Shown here: positions 1 through 13,600 of the stretch, piece by piece
Numbering within the stretch: the first letter of the stretch is position 1
Layout of the letters: every line of letters begins with the position of its first letter
DNA from: Tubiluchus corallicola
Taxonomy: Eukaryota > Animalia > Priapulida
Reading direction: 5' to 3'
Assembly: GCA_030141605.1 (NCBI GenBank)
Contig: JAQGDQ010000099.1
Location: 568,982-632,981, forward strand
DNA length: 64,000 bases
Translations under genes and position numbers: made by a program
The notes under the pieces: model-generated
Databases searched by the model: none
Told to the model about the DNA's origin: nothing
The model's input: only the letters and a program-made list of their open reading frames with translations

Positions 1-1493
1 CCAATCAGCTAGTCAATCAGTCAATGAAAAAGTGATATAAATAAGTCAGAAAGCCAGGTAGTCAGTCAAGAAATGAGTCGGTGAGTTAAACAGAATAAGT
101 AGTCTATTAATCAGTATATTATAGCTAGTTACATGCTTAGCAACTCGGAATGTCACGTATCGATAATAAAAACTTTGCACAGAATACAATGACTTAGAGC
201 AGTAGTACCTAAACATTATTTTTAGACAATGCAGTGTCAGTATGATCTCATACAATGTCTAGCATCTGTTTCTATTAACGTTAACTTTAAATGACTTTCA
301 TTTTGACAAAGACAGTTAGTTTTTTTCTTGAAATTTTCAAGGCAAATTTGGCTAAATAAGATTAAAAGTGAAGAAAACTATGTAAGTTGTGAGTTAATCA
401 GAGAAGATAAATGACATAATACCATTCCGTTTCACTTATTCATTTATTGAACTAATCTGCTCTGCTAATGTTCCAAGCATTTTATACGCAACAACTGCTT
501 GTAGTGCGCTAATCAATTGAAACAGTAATTTTGATGTTTTTAGACATCAATGCAATTGCGGTACACTTCGCTTAATTAATTCACCTTGGTTTGAAGCTAA
601 ATGGATTTTCATTAAGAGGCTAGATTTATAAACCAAAGAAACCTATTAAGTAGTATTAAAGTACATATTGTCCAAAAGTGGATTTTAGTAGTAACTGTCT
701 GCCAAGTTAAGATTCATCATTCATTTAGTTAAGGCATTAACAAGCTCGAGCACAACTGTTTACAGCAAGAATTAAAGTGTTAGTTTAATCTAATTAAGTA
801 TGCAAAACGAATATGCAAGACCGTAGAATGCACAAGACATGTCCAGTATTGTGTTTTAGTGAAATTTTTTGGAAGATGCATGTGAATATCTTGTTTGAGT
901 TGGTAAAATGTAGCATTTTTGAATAGTCACTGTTCTTAAGTTTGCGGTGCAGTGTTTCCAATGCATGTCACATTTCAGCAGCGATATAGAAATTTCGTCA
1001 TGACCGTTACCACTGTGTCTCGTTAGGATTTTGAAAAAATACAAAGTTAGGATTAAATGAAAAAAATACAAAGTTGGAAAACATGTTTAAAACAAAGATG
1101 CTGTTCCAGCTCAAGTTAAAATGCTGAACAATCACGTGGTCTTGTCTCAATTTTGCAGTCTTCACAGTGCACAAGTTGGATTTATAAAGCAAAGTCTGGA
1201 TTTAATAAACAAGAGATTTTACGAGCTCAAAGGAGTAGTAGGTACAATAAGCGACTGGTTTATAGCTACTAAAAGCTTTCTAAAAACACAGGAAAAGACC
1301 AACATCTTATGCATGCATAGCTGAGGTGACAAAGTAATCCCACTTGTCCAGTTGCAGTTCATTTTGTACAATCTTGCCATCTAATGGCAGCTATGATTTC
1401 AAAAGAATGGACAAAAGTGAGTTAAAGCAAACCTCAAATCTCTGTACTGAAAGAAAAGCAAGAAGTTGAGTCATGCATTGCATTTTCATGGTA

Positions 1494-1667
1494 CAGTCAA
1501 ACCTTGTTATAATGCCAACCTTGCTTAATGTCCACATTTTTTTGTAAAAAAAATGTTTATATTTGCACGGACATGTATGCATTACAGCATATCGTTATAA
1601 TCCCAAATTCATTTAAAGCCAACTTTTTTTGCAGTTCCAAAGTAGGCAGTATAAAGAAGTTTGACTG
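1494..1667. mobile_element. Tc1/mariner(Tigger)-type MITE
   Basis: TIRs CAGTCAAAC.../...GTTTGACTG, flanked by TA on both sides. Confidence 0.7.
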
Positions 1668-2869
1668 TAATTGTGTACCTGCATTCTTAACTTTTCATAT
1701 CAACTAGGAATTGGCAAGAATGTATCATGGATCTGGTGACAGCACTTGTCGCTGTATGTTCTACCTTGTTTATTCTTTTTTAAAAATGTTTATATTTTGA
1801 AATTTTGTGCTGTACTTCAATTCAATCTTTTGGTTGTAATGATGATAAATACACTTATTAAACTTATTATAAGAGCATATACAGTGTTTTTAAATTTTTA
1901 TGAAACAATTTATTAAATTCTTGTAGCACAGCACAGCCAAACTGGACCTAGCCCAAAAATGATTTCAAATTAATTTTAATCTGTTTGGTCTATATAATTA
2001 GTTGCAATAGCACTCTAGAGCACAGAATATTGGTAAACAGCAAGTCAAACTGTATTTATCCTTGATAGAATGTTAGCATTATAACGCAGCTTGAACTTAC
2101 TTCGAAAAATTCAAAAAAACTTAGCTACGTAAGTACTTAAGGTACACGTGCTTATATTTCTCATAACCACTGAAGAGGAAGTTTTTGCTATTTCAGTGAG
2201 CACTGCAAATCTCATGGTGAAAAACATTAACAGCTTAAAAAGGATAAAAATGCCCTTTCGAAAACAAACTACACCTATATTAATTATTATCCTCAGCATG
2301 ACAGGATTTCATCAATGCCATTAATTCTTAATAAATGTAACTGAAGACTAACTTGCAGAATTAATTGTAGTGGATGGATTTTATTTTTACATTCTGACCA
2401 AGCAAAATCAAACATAAGTGACTAGCTTCCTTAACGAAACCAATTTTTAACATAAAAGCGTTAGAAAACGGAATAGCTTGCATTACAGAAACACAAGCCA
2501 AAGACTCATTAAATTATTATTTTCATTTTCTTTTTGCATCAAATTAATCACAGAAATCACAGTTATCTATAGGCTCTCTACAGAACTCTAGTCTCTAGTC
2601 ATTTGAAAATTAAGAGATTAGTAGAACAAGGATATATTGAAAAGCAACGACAAAATATATAAAACAAAGGCAGCATCTTAATGGAAGCATTTTTAAGTTT
2701 CCAGTAGTTTCAGTATAAAATGGCAATCACAATAATTAGCCTATGAATTAATTTTACACTTTTAACTCAACTTTTAACATTGCCAATCTACGTGTTAACT
2801 TTTCAAACACTTATTTTTCTAATATAAATGAATAAGCAAAGCTATCACAGAATTAAGCTGGATATAAAA

Positions 2870-4362
2870 TTAAACTGTTCCTGTTGAAGAATGTTGTAGA
2901 AGGGACGTGAAATGTCTAATTAAGCTCTGCAGACCAAACAAATAGTTATCGTCTCTGCTAGTAGCTGGAAAGACATGAGCAAAATCAATCATGCAAACTT
3001 TAACACACAAGCTGTCTGAAGCATCACTACACGGTGTAGAAGCCGGACTACTTTCGTACACTATTAACACTGAACTTGCATAAAAATGGTATTTTCTTTG
3101 TTCCAAAAACCACTTATTAATATTGTCCAATCGTCGCAATATTTGTTTAACAACTGTGTCATGATACGTGACAGTTGGACATGCACTCAAATAACTTTGC
3201 AATGCTGGAACCACATCGATCTCTTTCAGACTCTTTCCCCAGCTTTTATCAAGCGAAAGATAAGCGGATGTGACACTATTATATACTTTCATGCCCAGAA
3301 AACGGAAGCCAATTTGCTGTGCCTTTGGGTATTTGCTGACTTCATAAGCAATCTTTTCGGGATCTGCGTCGGGGTCGTTGGTAATCGCACCAATTTTTAT
3401 GTCCAATACAGATGGCTTATCAAAACAATGAACGACATCACGAAGTCTTAGGTAGGTTTCTTCAACACTGCCATAATTTATGTGTGTTATTCCACCATGC
3501 TCTGGCAGAAATTCCCTAAGTTTGAGAAGCACGCTATCATGGCACTCGGAAGCGAACACTTCATTGTAAAAGTTCATTTCTCTTGTACCTCTGGGCGGAG
3601 GCTGCAAATGTTTTAATATCCAACCATCTGTGGTCTGCAACATTCCAAGACCTGTTTTGCCTTTGCCATGAAAATGACCAGCTATCTGGTGTGAAAGTGG
3701 TGATAACCCAATTGGAAGAGGAAAGGAACTATGTTCTTGACTATCAGTTTCATCAGATTGATTTGAAATATGGCAACCCTGTTGAACTTCACTAGTTCTG
3801 TGGCAACTCTGCAGTAACAGTAAAGAAAATATTGAAGTGGATGCTCATTTTTTTGGTCACTTACTACTCACTGCTGTTATCCAAGTGTTTCTTAAGATTC
3901 AGGAGTCACAATATGAACCCAATGTCTACAGGTCAATGTCTATAATGTTGATGGGAATTAAATGAAGTTTAGGTAGTTTGCTGTTAGGTAGTTTTTGTGA
4001 TTTGTTCATTAATTATGTGAGTTTGTGTCCGTCTCCATTATTTCAAGATCAGGTTTTTTGACAATGATTTTTGCATAAAACCACCTAAAAGTGCACGGCG
4101 CCATTGAATTTCACTCTGGTGTTCACCATCACTACAAAAACCATCTAATTTTCGGCAATGATATGCATTAATTGTACTTAATTTAAACTAGTAACACATT
4201 CTATCACTATGTTGTGGGTACTTGGTGTGAGAATTTCTGGCAAAAATAATCTACTTAATATGGGTTACAGACGTAAAATCAGAAAAGATACTTAAAAAGT
4301 ACAAGATCAAAAGATATTAGCTAATTAATTCGTATTGTTATTATTTAGAAAATACTTACCAT
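2870..4362 (-). CDS. IPMK: Inositol polyphosphate multikinase (IPK family), 313 aa, 2 coding exons: 4362-4360 (ATG only) and 3808-2870
   Basis: The ORF 2870-3643 stays open upstream to a tgcAG acceptor before 3808. The translation has PLSHQIAGH, LKHLQPPPRGTREMNFY, the PxxxDxKxG motif (PSVLDIKIG), the SSLL-type motif (SSVLIVYE) and IDFAH. ATG|gtaagt at 4362-4360 splices in phase 0. Confidence 0.93.
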
Positions 4363-4543
4363 AGTAGAAAGTTTCCTCTTTTATTTGAGGAGTTTGTTTC
4401 AGGTAGCTTCGGCTGGAGGCTGACTCACCGGAAAAGGATGTTAAGTGCGATTACTGCGCCGCCTATAATTTCCGCTCGTAACTCGTATATTTTTGCGAAG
4501 CATGTTTGTGTGAATTTTGTTCAAATTTTACTGATTTTTTGAA
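4363..4543. promoter_or_regulatory. Putative bidirectional promoter and 5' UTRs shared by IPMK and ATF6
   Basis: 181 bp lie between the divergent ATGs at 4362 (-) and 4544 (+). The stretch is CpG-richer than its flanks and contains TGACTCA (4421-4427), CCGGAA and CCTATAAT. Confidence 0.6.
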
Positions 4544-7500
4544 ATGAACCTTGATCACTTAACAGAAGCTGATGTTGAATTCCTTACGTTCAATTTCTTG
4601 TCGGAAGATGACAGAAGTACACTTATTGGTAAAATTTCAACAGTTTTCTTGTAGTTAATAGTTGCTCATCTTTGTGATTTCTGGCTTTGTTCTTTGAGTT
4701 TGATGTTATTGACAAACTTCCAAATGTCTGATAGACTAAGCAGTTAGAATAGTTATTGTTGCCAGCATTTGCATGATCGGGAAAAACTGAGCAAGCAAAA
4801 AATAGTGACAAATTTTAACTCTGCATTAATTATTGTGAAAATTAAAGTACAAATTGTGTTAGTTTTTCAACTACGTGCTTTAAAAAAAGTTTATTGCTGC
4901 TTTATAAGGCAGTTTTGAACAGTTCCTTGCATTTACGTAATGCGTGAGTATAAGGTATAGTAAATTCATCTCGTAGTTTTACCATATCATTAATTGACAG
5001 TTTTTTGAAAATAATTTTACCATATCTCTGTGAATTTGACAAACTGGCACTCCATTTTTGTACACGTCATCATCGTGGGGAGTTGCTGAAGCCAAGGTGC
5101 AGAATTAGAGCCCCTCACTTGGTGTAAATTCACTAAAATGAAATATTCATTAAGCTGTTAAATGATGTGGGCACTGTGTACTGTAACATTAGTTTATATT
5201 AGAATATGCTGCTTATTGGCAACGTATGTTCAGAAAATATTTTGACTGCACTGTGTTGCACCTTTCTGATGTTATCTACAGCTGCTACTGAACAATGCTA
5301 TTATGGTCTCCAACATTGGACCTTACAGACACTTAATATTGTGGATTTTGAGCTTGTGAAGGAATTTCATTTTGATGATTGTATTGTTCATGAACAACAG
5401 TGCATTGTAGCCATTAAAGCACAAGAAAGCACTCTTCCTAAATAAAGCTTAAAAAATTCGTCTTGACATTTTACATCACTTACATGCTATGTTATTGCAT
5501 GCAGGGTTTGCGTTAGCAGGGTTACATAGGGATAACTCTTTGTAAAATTGCTAAATTTAAACTCTTGTGATTACAGTTAGGCGTAACCATTTTAATGGTA
5601 AGTCATTTGAAACAAGTTTTATTTGCATTGCATCAAGTTTTAAAAAATAATCAGAGAATTTGTGGCACGCTGTTTGCTAACTAGGCAAAAGTTTAAATTG
5701 CTTTATATTGTCAGTGAAATCAATAATGTGTTTTTCGGTATATTGATAGTGCACACTGGGTTGGCGATGCAGTGCCGTTTTACCAATTGGCACAAATATT
5801 TTAAATTGTTAAGAATTTTCTTTTTCAACTACACGAAATTTTCAAACAGATAAGCATAATGTAAAGTAATATAGCAGTTATGGAAAGATATTCAGGATAT
5901 ACTTTAAAATTCCATTTTCTTCCCCTTTAGATTTTCAGATAGTTGAAGGATGGATAACTGAGTTTAATTACGAAGAATGTTAAAGTTAAGGCCTGCAAAG
6001 TCTGGAAATAACTGTACATGGTTGACAGTATGTAATGTTGTTTACACATATGTTAAGTTGTATGATATTAATGTTCTTTTTTAACCATACCATCATTAGT
6101 TGGTGCAAAGGTTAGGACCTGTTCATTTGAGTTCTTGTCCAGAACGAGATGAAATTATAATCACAAAACATGGCAGAGGTGTCATGGGTTTGGGCAAGAC
6201 TTGGTGATTTATTGTCAGAACCGTGAATGTGAGTCAAAAGTAGGCTGACTGTTCGCGGCTTGTCTATTTTGATATTTGTGGAGGTAGACCTGGTGTGAGC
6301 TGGGCAAGTACGGACGGTCAGTAGGTCCATGGGTAAACCACTTTGTATTTGATCTGGGTGGTTTCATTTGCCATGCTGTTTTTGCCATCAGCCTCATACT
6401 AGAAGCTGTATACATATGTGAACATGGCTGAGACACCTCTGCTAGTGTAGTGCCTCTTCCTGGAGGCATTGGCTTGATAATGAGCTGGATCCTGGTCTCA
6501 CCACAATTATCCAATTTGTGTAGAGAACCTGTCACTGAATGCTGGATTCTGTATTGTTAAAAAAAAACAGTTATGAAGTTTTCAACAGTTTGCATCTGAT
6601 AGATCTATACTAATTGCTTATGAGTAAGCTTGCTACTTGGATCTATATTTTAAAAAAATACCTGTCTTGTTACAACATGTGTTAAATCATTGAGATTTTC
6701 CACTTTTAATCAATTTTGAATCTTGTGTAATAAGTTTTCTTTTGTTGTTGTGTGGGGTTACATTTTCATCCTTACCAGACGAATTGGGAATATATTGCAA
6801 GTTTCAACTGTGCCCGCGTGGTAAATGTGATGCCAAGCTATGATGTGTAAATATAAGTTGGATATTATCATTTTTAGTATCCTCTAGTCATGTAGTATCG
6901 TACTAAAAATTGTAATGTTTCGACTTTGTTTCATGTTACTGCAGTAAATTTTGTAAAATTAATTACTATTTATATCCACTTAAACATCATGAATGCTACT
7001 TACCTTATGTAACTAATTACAATCCCATTTTGTTTTTTTAAAGTAGTAAAGTTTATTTTCAAATGCATAACAATTATAATTTAAAACATTAAAACGGTCA
7101 AGTTTAAAAAGTATAGTATTACTTAAAAGACAAAAAAGGGGTACTTGAAGTAGGTTTCAGAAAAATTATATTACTTTAGAACAATTTATTGCACATGTCG
7201 GACTCACGTTGAAACAATTTTTTGTTAGTTTCCGTTTTAAATCTCCCGCAGTACTGTTCTGACCATGCCATTACATGACGTCATATACGCGTAATGTATA
7301 TCAGGGGAAGAAAAGGAAAAGGAAATGTTAAACTATGTCCCAAAAAACTTGTCTCACCGAACATAGCCGTAAATCAATCAAAAACTGTAAATTTCTTAGG
7401 TGTTCGTGTAGATAGTAAATTTACTTGGGATGAGCATTTTGCTAACACATACAACAAAATGGCCTCAAGCACATCTGTTCTTCCACAGGTTAGGGCCAGC

Positions 7501-8588
7501 TATCCTAGCAGACTAATATTTTAATTTATAAGACATTAATTTTACCTCACTACTTGTAAGGCTGCTTGCTTTTTCACAAAATTGAAAAAAGAAAATTTCT
7601 CAAAACTCAACTTGCTTCAAAACTATGCCTTATATCTGGTTATTCTCATAAGAAATCATCAAATAATCCATACAGTTTAGCAACTGAATTGAGGTCAGCT
7701 ACAAAAATTCCTATTCTTGAGTCACATACGGATTATTCCACTCTTATTTTACTGTACAAATACGTTCATAACGTAAATGTACCCTTCTTCTGGTACAACA
7801 TATTACCTTTTCTTGCGATCCCTGTTTTAAATTCCAGAACTCATAATATTAAGTAAATTAGGACTAACAACTCTTATGGTCATAACTCATATACTAAGCA
7901 AGCAGTAAATCTTTGGAACTCATTACCGGTCAAAATGAATAGAGCTGAATCACTAGCACAATTCAAAATGTTAAATAGAAGACACACAATGGAAAGATTC
8001 GAATAATCAAAATGATAATATCAGCTCGAGTTCTAACTTTATTTACCCCCAAATTTATTAAAAGCATGTTATGTGTATTCATTTGTTGACTAAAATTTAA
8101 GTGTATTACTGTAGCATTTGAACATTTTTGTAATACTTTTGGTTATGTAGTATTTGCAATGTTTTATATTTGCACGGTGTTTATTTGAAGCTATATACAT
8201 ATATGTGTACATACGATATATGGCCCATTGCTTTACATATAAACACAAGTTATTGTACTGTACGAATGTTTAATTGTACCATGAGATGGTTTTGTGTCTA
8301 TGTGAATATACATGTGTTAATTACATCTATGATATGTATTATTTTATATAAGATTGCATTTGTAAAAGTGTGTGTTAGTTTTTTTAGATAGGAGTATTTT
8401 ACTGTAGCTAATATGATTTTTTATTATCCACCCCTACCGCACTCGTAGTTCTGATTTTTGCACCAGACGCATTTGCATATTAGCAGTGTAGCCCAGGCAT
8501 TCACTGAATGATATTTCACATTGTATGATGTATACTATCATTGTGTGTATAAGAATGTGTACGTGTGTGTGTATGCATGTATATGTGT

Positions 8589-8643
<55 letters not shown>

Positions 8644-10598
8644 TGTGAACCAAAGCCATATGGGTGGTGGTAATGCTTTACATGGGTTTACTATGTTATT
8701 CCTAAAAATAAAAAACACACTCTTCGTGCTTTACTGGATTTGCTATTGTTAGTTTGAAACCTTGGTCCGTTGTGGTAGGTCGCTGAACATCTCCAGTCTG
8801 ATTGGAAATATGCTTGCTTGCCTGCTTAAATATATTTCCTATATTTATGATTAAATTTGCTTTTTTTAAACTGTCACATTTAAAATTTAATTACATTTTT
8901 TTGGTTGCTTTTCATTTATTAGCTGCATGTATAAATTGACTGCATTGCTTGCTTTTTGTGTATATTTGTCACATTATGATTAATGATTGCTTTTGTTCAT
9001 TTACTACATTTAAGATTTACTGCACAAATTTTCTTCCTTTTGTTTATTTGTTGTGCATTCATGATTTTAACTATATTTTCGTTCATTCTCTGCATTTTAG
9101 TTCATTCTGATTTAACTGCATTGCTTGTTTTTTTGTTGTTGCATTCACGTCTTAACTGCATCTTGTTCAGTTGTTGCGTTTAATATTTAACTGCATTATT
9201 TGCTTGCTTTTTTTCCATTGGTATAATCATAATATAACTGCATTGCATTTTGTTTATTTGCTACACTTAAGATCTAACTACATATTATTCACTTAACCAT
9301 GTAGTCTACCGTCTTTTATACTCTTCCTAAGTTATATAGGTTGTGGCTGACTCAATAACCTCCTGGTCTTTCGCCACCCCATCTCTACACACATAATTTG
9401 TTGTATTTGCGCTATAAATATTATATTAGTGATAAATAAACCTTTTGAATTGAATTGTTTTATGGCAAATAAAGAAAGTAGAGACACTATATATATATAT
9501 ATATATATATGTATATGTTGTATATATATAGTCTTATGGAGTCTGTATTTAATTATAGCATTAGTAAGTGTCTTGTTATTGGCAGTGGCATAGCATTAGT
9601 AAGTGTCTTGTTTTTGGCAGTGGCATTAGTCTCTATGATTTCTCAGTAACAAAAGTGATTAAACACTGTAATTCTTTGTTGTAATTATATAAATGTTTAA
9701 GTAAACCAAAATGAAATTCTATGAACTTATACATTTTGTATTTACAGTCTTGTGCTTAGCAATTTCAGAATAGATATGAAGTTTGTAATGTTTTGGCCAT
9801 GTTCATGGATCACTTGCAAAGATAGTAATGATTGATTCTTAATATTCCAAAAACAACATTAGTTATTCATTATTATGTTTGAAAGTGGCTCACGAGTGTG
9901 GCACAAATATTAATTTAATGATATTAATTTTGTTATAAAGTTGCTAAGCAACATTTTTATATTTTAATCAAAGCTGACAAACAAGGTTCACAGACATACT
10001 ATTTTTTTTCCAGTACTAAATTTATATTTAGTGTAAAATTTTTTATTTACATATTTACATTTCACGATTTCTCTATAAAATTATATAGACCCAATCTTGG
10101 TTAGTCAAATGAAATCAAGTTTACTTTTCTCTGTGACATTTTAGGAATGAATATATACATAGAAATATATAAAAATAAACAAAGTAGTAAATGTGTTAAT
10201 TAAGGTAGAAATAAAGCCAATGAGAGAGGGTAGCGAATTGACTAAAAAGTCATCGAGTCGGCTACCCTTCATTTGCCAATAAGATAAGTAATTTGGGCAC
10301 TGGTTAACATGGCAGATTAAATAATGATGTAAAGTTGTATGTTAAATAATTGAACATAATTATCATCTATATACTTAATTTTCATCTGTGTACATTTGAT
10401 AAGTTTCTTTTATACATATATTATTGTTTGTGATCAAGTTATTTGCATCGAAATTAGATATATAACTAAAGCATATTTAAAAAAAGAATGAAAGAGAACA
10501 AAATGAACGTTGCTTTGAAAAGACCCAAAATATGACCTGTAGTAGAAACACAATTTCTTACAATAATAATAGTAATAATAATATTAATAATAATAGTA

Positions 10599-10631
<33 letters not shown>

Positions 10632-13600
10632 TTCTATATACAACATCATGATTATACAATAATATAATATTACTGCACAACTATATAATGATTGTACTAG
10701 CAATTATGTGGACTATTATTAATAATCAACATAATACTACAAAACTTTGCAAACTATATATTATTATGCAGTAAATGACTATATGAATGTGCTCAGTCAG
10801 CTGTTTAGGTAAATGCCATATTAGTGAATTAGTTTACCTGCTCAGGCGTGTTTTGTCAGTAATTATTATCGTCCCAGGACTGAGTTGACTGACCTACAGA
10901 AATGTTATCCAGTTTTTCCTGTTGGCGGCATGCATTTTAAACCAGTTTTAATCCTCCAGTGGTTTGATGGTACTAACCTAGTGTCCACTTGCAAGGCTCT
11001 AGTTGCTATTATTATGTTTTATGTTGAGCAAAATTAGTGGAAAGCTATAATTATAAATTGTCATTTATTTGGCTTATGTTTTGTGTAATTGTTGTCTAAT
11101 CTTGCAACTATTATTATGTTTGCTGCATAATTGCTAGTGCACTTGGAGTATTCAAGTACTCTTGAATAGTTTTTATTATTGATTTTGCCAGTGTTTCGTG
11201 TTTGCTATCGGTTTCCAGTTATTATTATTTTGCTTTGTGGTGAGCCGTGTGTGACTGAGACATATACTGCACAATTCGTGTAGATAAATGACAATAATCA
11301 TTTCGAAGTTTACATTAGATTGTTAGCTAGTGTGTTTGATAGTTGTTGTGAGAATCACTTGTTTTAAAATCACTTTTATCATGATGTTTCATGAGGAGTC
11401 ACAGTGTTGTGCGTTGTCTTATATAGTGGAGTAGACATTTACTTTTGTTTGTGGTTATTTATTTTTGTTAAAAAAAACTGCAGCAGCAACATCTTTATAC
11501 AAAATGTTGGGAACTGACACGTTGTGTATAGACATACCGGATTATGACTGTGAAATGGGTTACGAAAGTGTAATTACAGGTAAACCTGAAGTTATAAATT
11601 CACACCGTAGCTGTTTGAATTAATAAAATTACTTTAACCTTTCATGACGTATAGACGGAAAGAAAAATTGGAATGGAAGTAGTAAATTTTGACATCGTGT
11701 AACAATAACTAATTTATTACAATACAATGATGTTTAATATTGGTGAGATTATTCAAGTCAATGCTGTCAGCAGTACATGAAGGAACGTCAGTTTCTTTTA
11801 GGTAATGATAAGATAGCAGGTTCTGAAATGAGCATTAAATTAGCATGCTGTGGTACATAGCCAGTTGTCTAGTCCCATTGCTGTTCCAGTGTAGATATTT
11901 AGGTGACGATTTAGTTTTAATGATGTGGTGGGACCTACAGTGAGCGATTGTTCAGATCAACATTGCACAGTTTCCACTGACTGTGCAAAAGATAACTAAA
12001 CTAAAAGATAGCAGACCTAAAGATAACTAAACTAACTCGGGCACAAAACCAGTGAATAAAGTAATTAAAATACATGTTATACAATGTATTATATTTTTAG
12101 TCAAGATGTTTCGTCTTCTTTGGTTGAATTTAAAGTAGGATCACATTTTGTGTTAATTATTTGATAAAAACTTATGAAACATTTTGATGAAATATATATA
12201 TATAGATATATATAGCAAAGACTTTTTAAGCATTTTATTTGTTTTCTTTGTTGATAAGTACAATGAAGTTACAGAACTCAAGGACAAACAAATTGAACTT
12301 TATAGATGCACAGATTTAGTACTAAGAGTGAGACCAGAGTGTTTCTGTTTGACAGTTATTCCAGTTTTTGTCTTCAGAAATATGCCATTTGTCCTTTGTC
12401 ATAGAAGTTCTTGTATCATTTGTATGTTCTGCCGAGTATAAAAAATAGATATGTGAAATGTAAGTAGGGGTTGCTAGAAGTGTACGTATGCTACAGTTAC
12501 ACTATCACGTGCATTTTGTGTGGCGAAGTCAATACCGTGAATGATTTAATACCACATGCTGTTTGTTCCGCATTGTATAAACAGCTGCATTTCGATCCCG
12601 ATGTATTATTGTTAGCAAAGCATGTAATAGTGTATGGTTTATTTTATAGATGGTACAATTAAATGTTGGCAAAGCATTATGTACATTTCCAATGTGAGTT
12701 GAATAAACTTGCACTGCCCGGACGATTAATAATAGTTTTGTTGCTAATAGCTTGAGTATCTATAAATGTACCTAATTGACTTAAACTTAGGCTGTTTTGC
12801 AGCTAGGCATGTTATTAAAAAGTATGAGATAAGGTATATTTATTTCACACATATTATAATACTAAAGTAAACCAATATTAAAACTATATTTACGGGAAAA
12901 AAATTTGTGAGGGCAGCATATGAGACCGTATGTGTCCTAAAACACTAACTTTTCCATTATACTCCCCTTTCAAACCATCTAATGTTTTCAGCATTTTAAT
13001 TTTTTATATTTAGCTGGACAGAATTGTTTTCTAGTATTTGGGTTTGTTGAATGAACAAGACCAACTATGTAGATGGAGTTAAAAAGCCTAGGCATGCTAC
13101 ACATACGATATTGTTTGAATAATTATTTGTTGTTAAAATTACTAGTGTTTGAGATTCCTAGGGTTATCTGAACCACATGTACTGTACTGTTCCTGTATTG
13201 TGCTGTACTGTTTGCTTTCTGAATTTCTTCTTTTGAGTGGAAAACAAAACAGACGGGGTATTTTAGTGCCAGTGTCTTCATTGTATATTATTTCCTTTTT
13301 TTACAGAACCGTACAAGAAAATGGATTCTGATCTGGAAAGTGCACTTTACTCAAATGATCTGCTCAACGATATTTATGATAACCTTGGTGTGAGTGAGAA
13401 TAATCAGTTTTGTAACGTAGTTTTTATTTGTCATACCATTTGTTTTTAGACCTGTCTTTTGTTTTACATTTTAATTTCCGTTGTATTTGTGCACTGAGTT
13501 TGCACTTGATATTTGTTAGTAGATTATTGTTTCAGTTGATCATTGTCATCATGAACACGTAATAGCACATTTACCATGGAAACTCTGTTTTTGAAGTACT

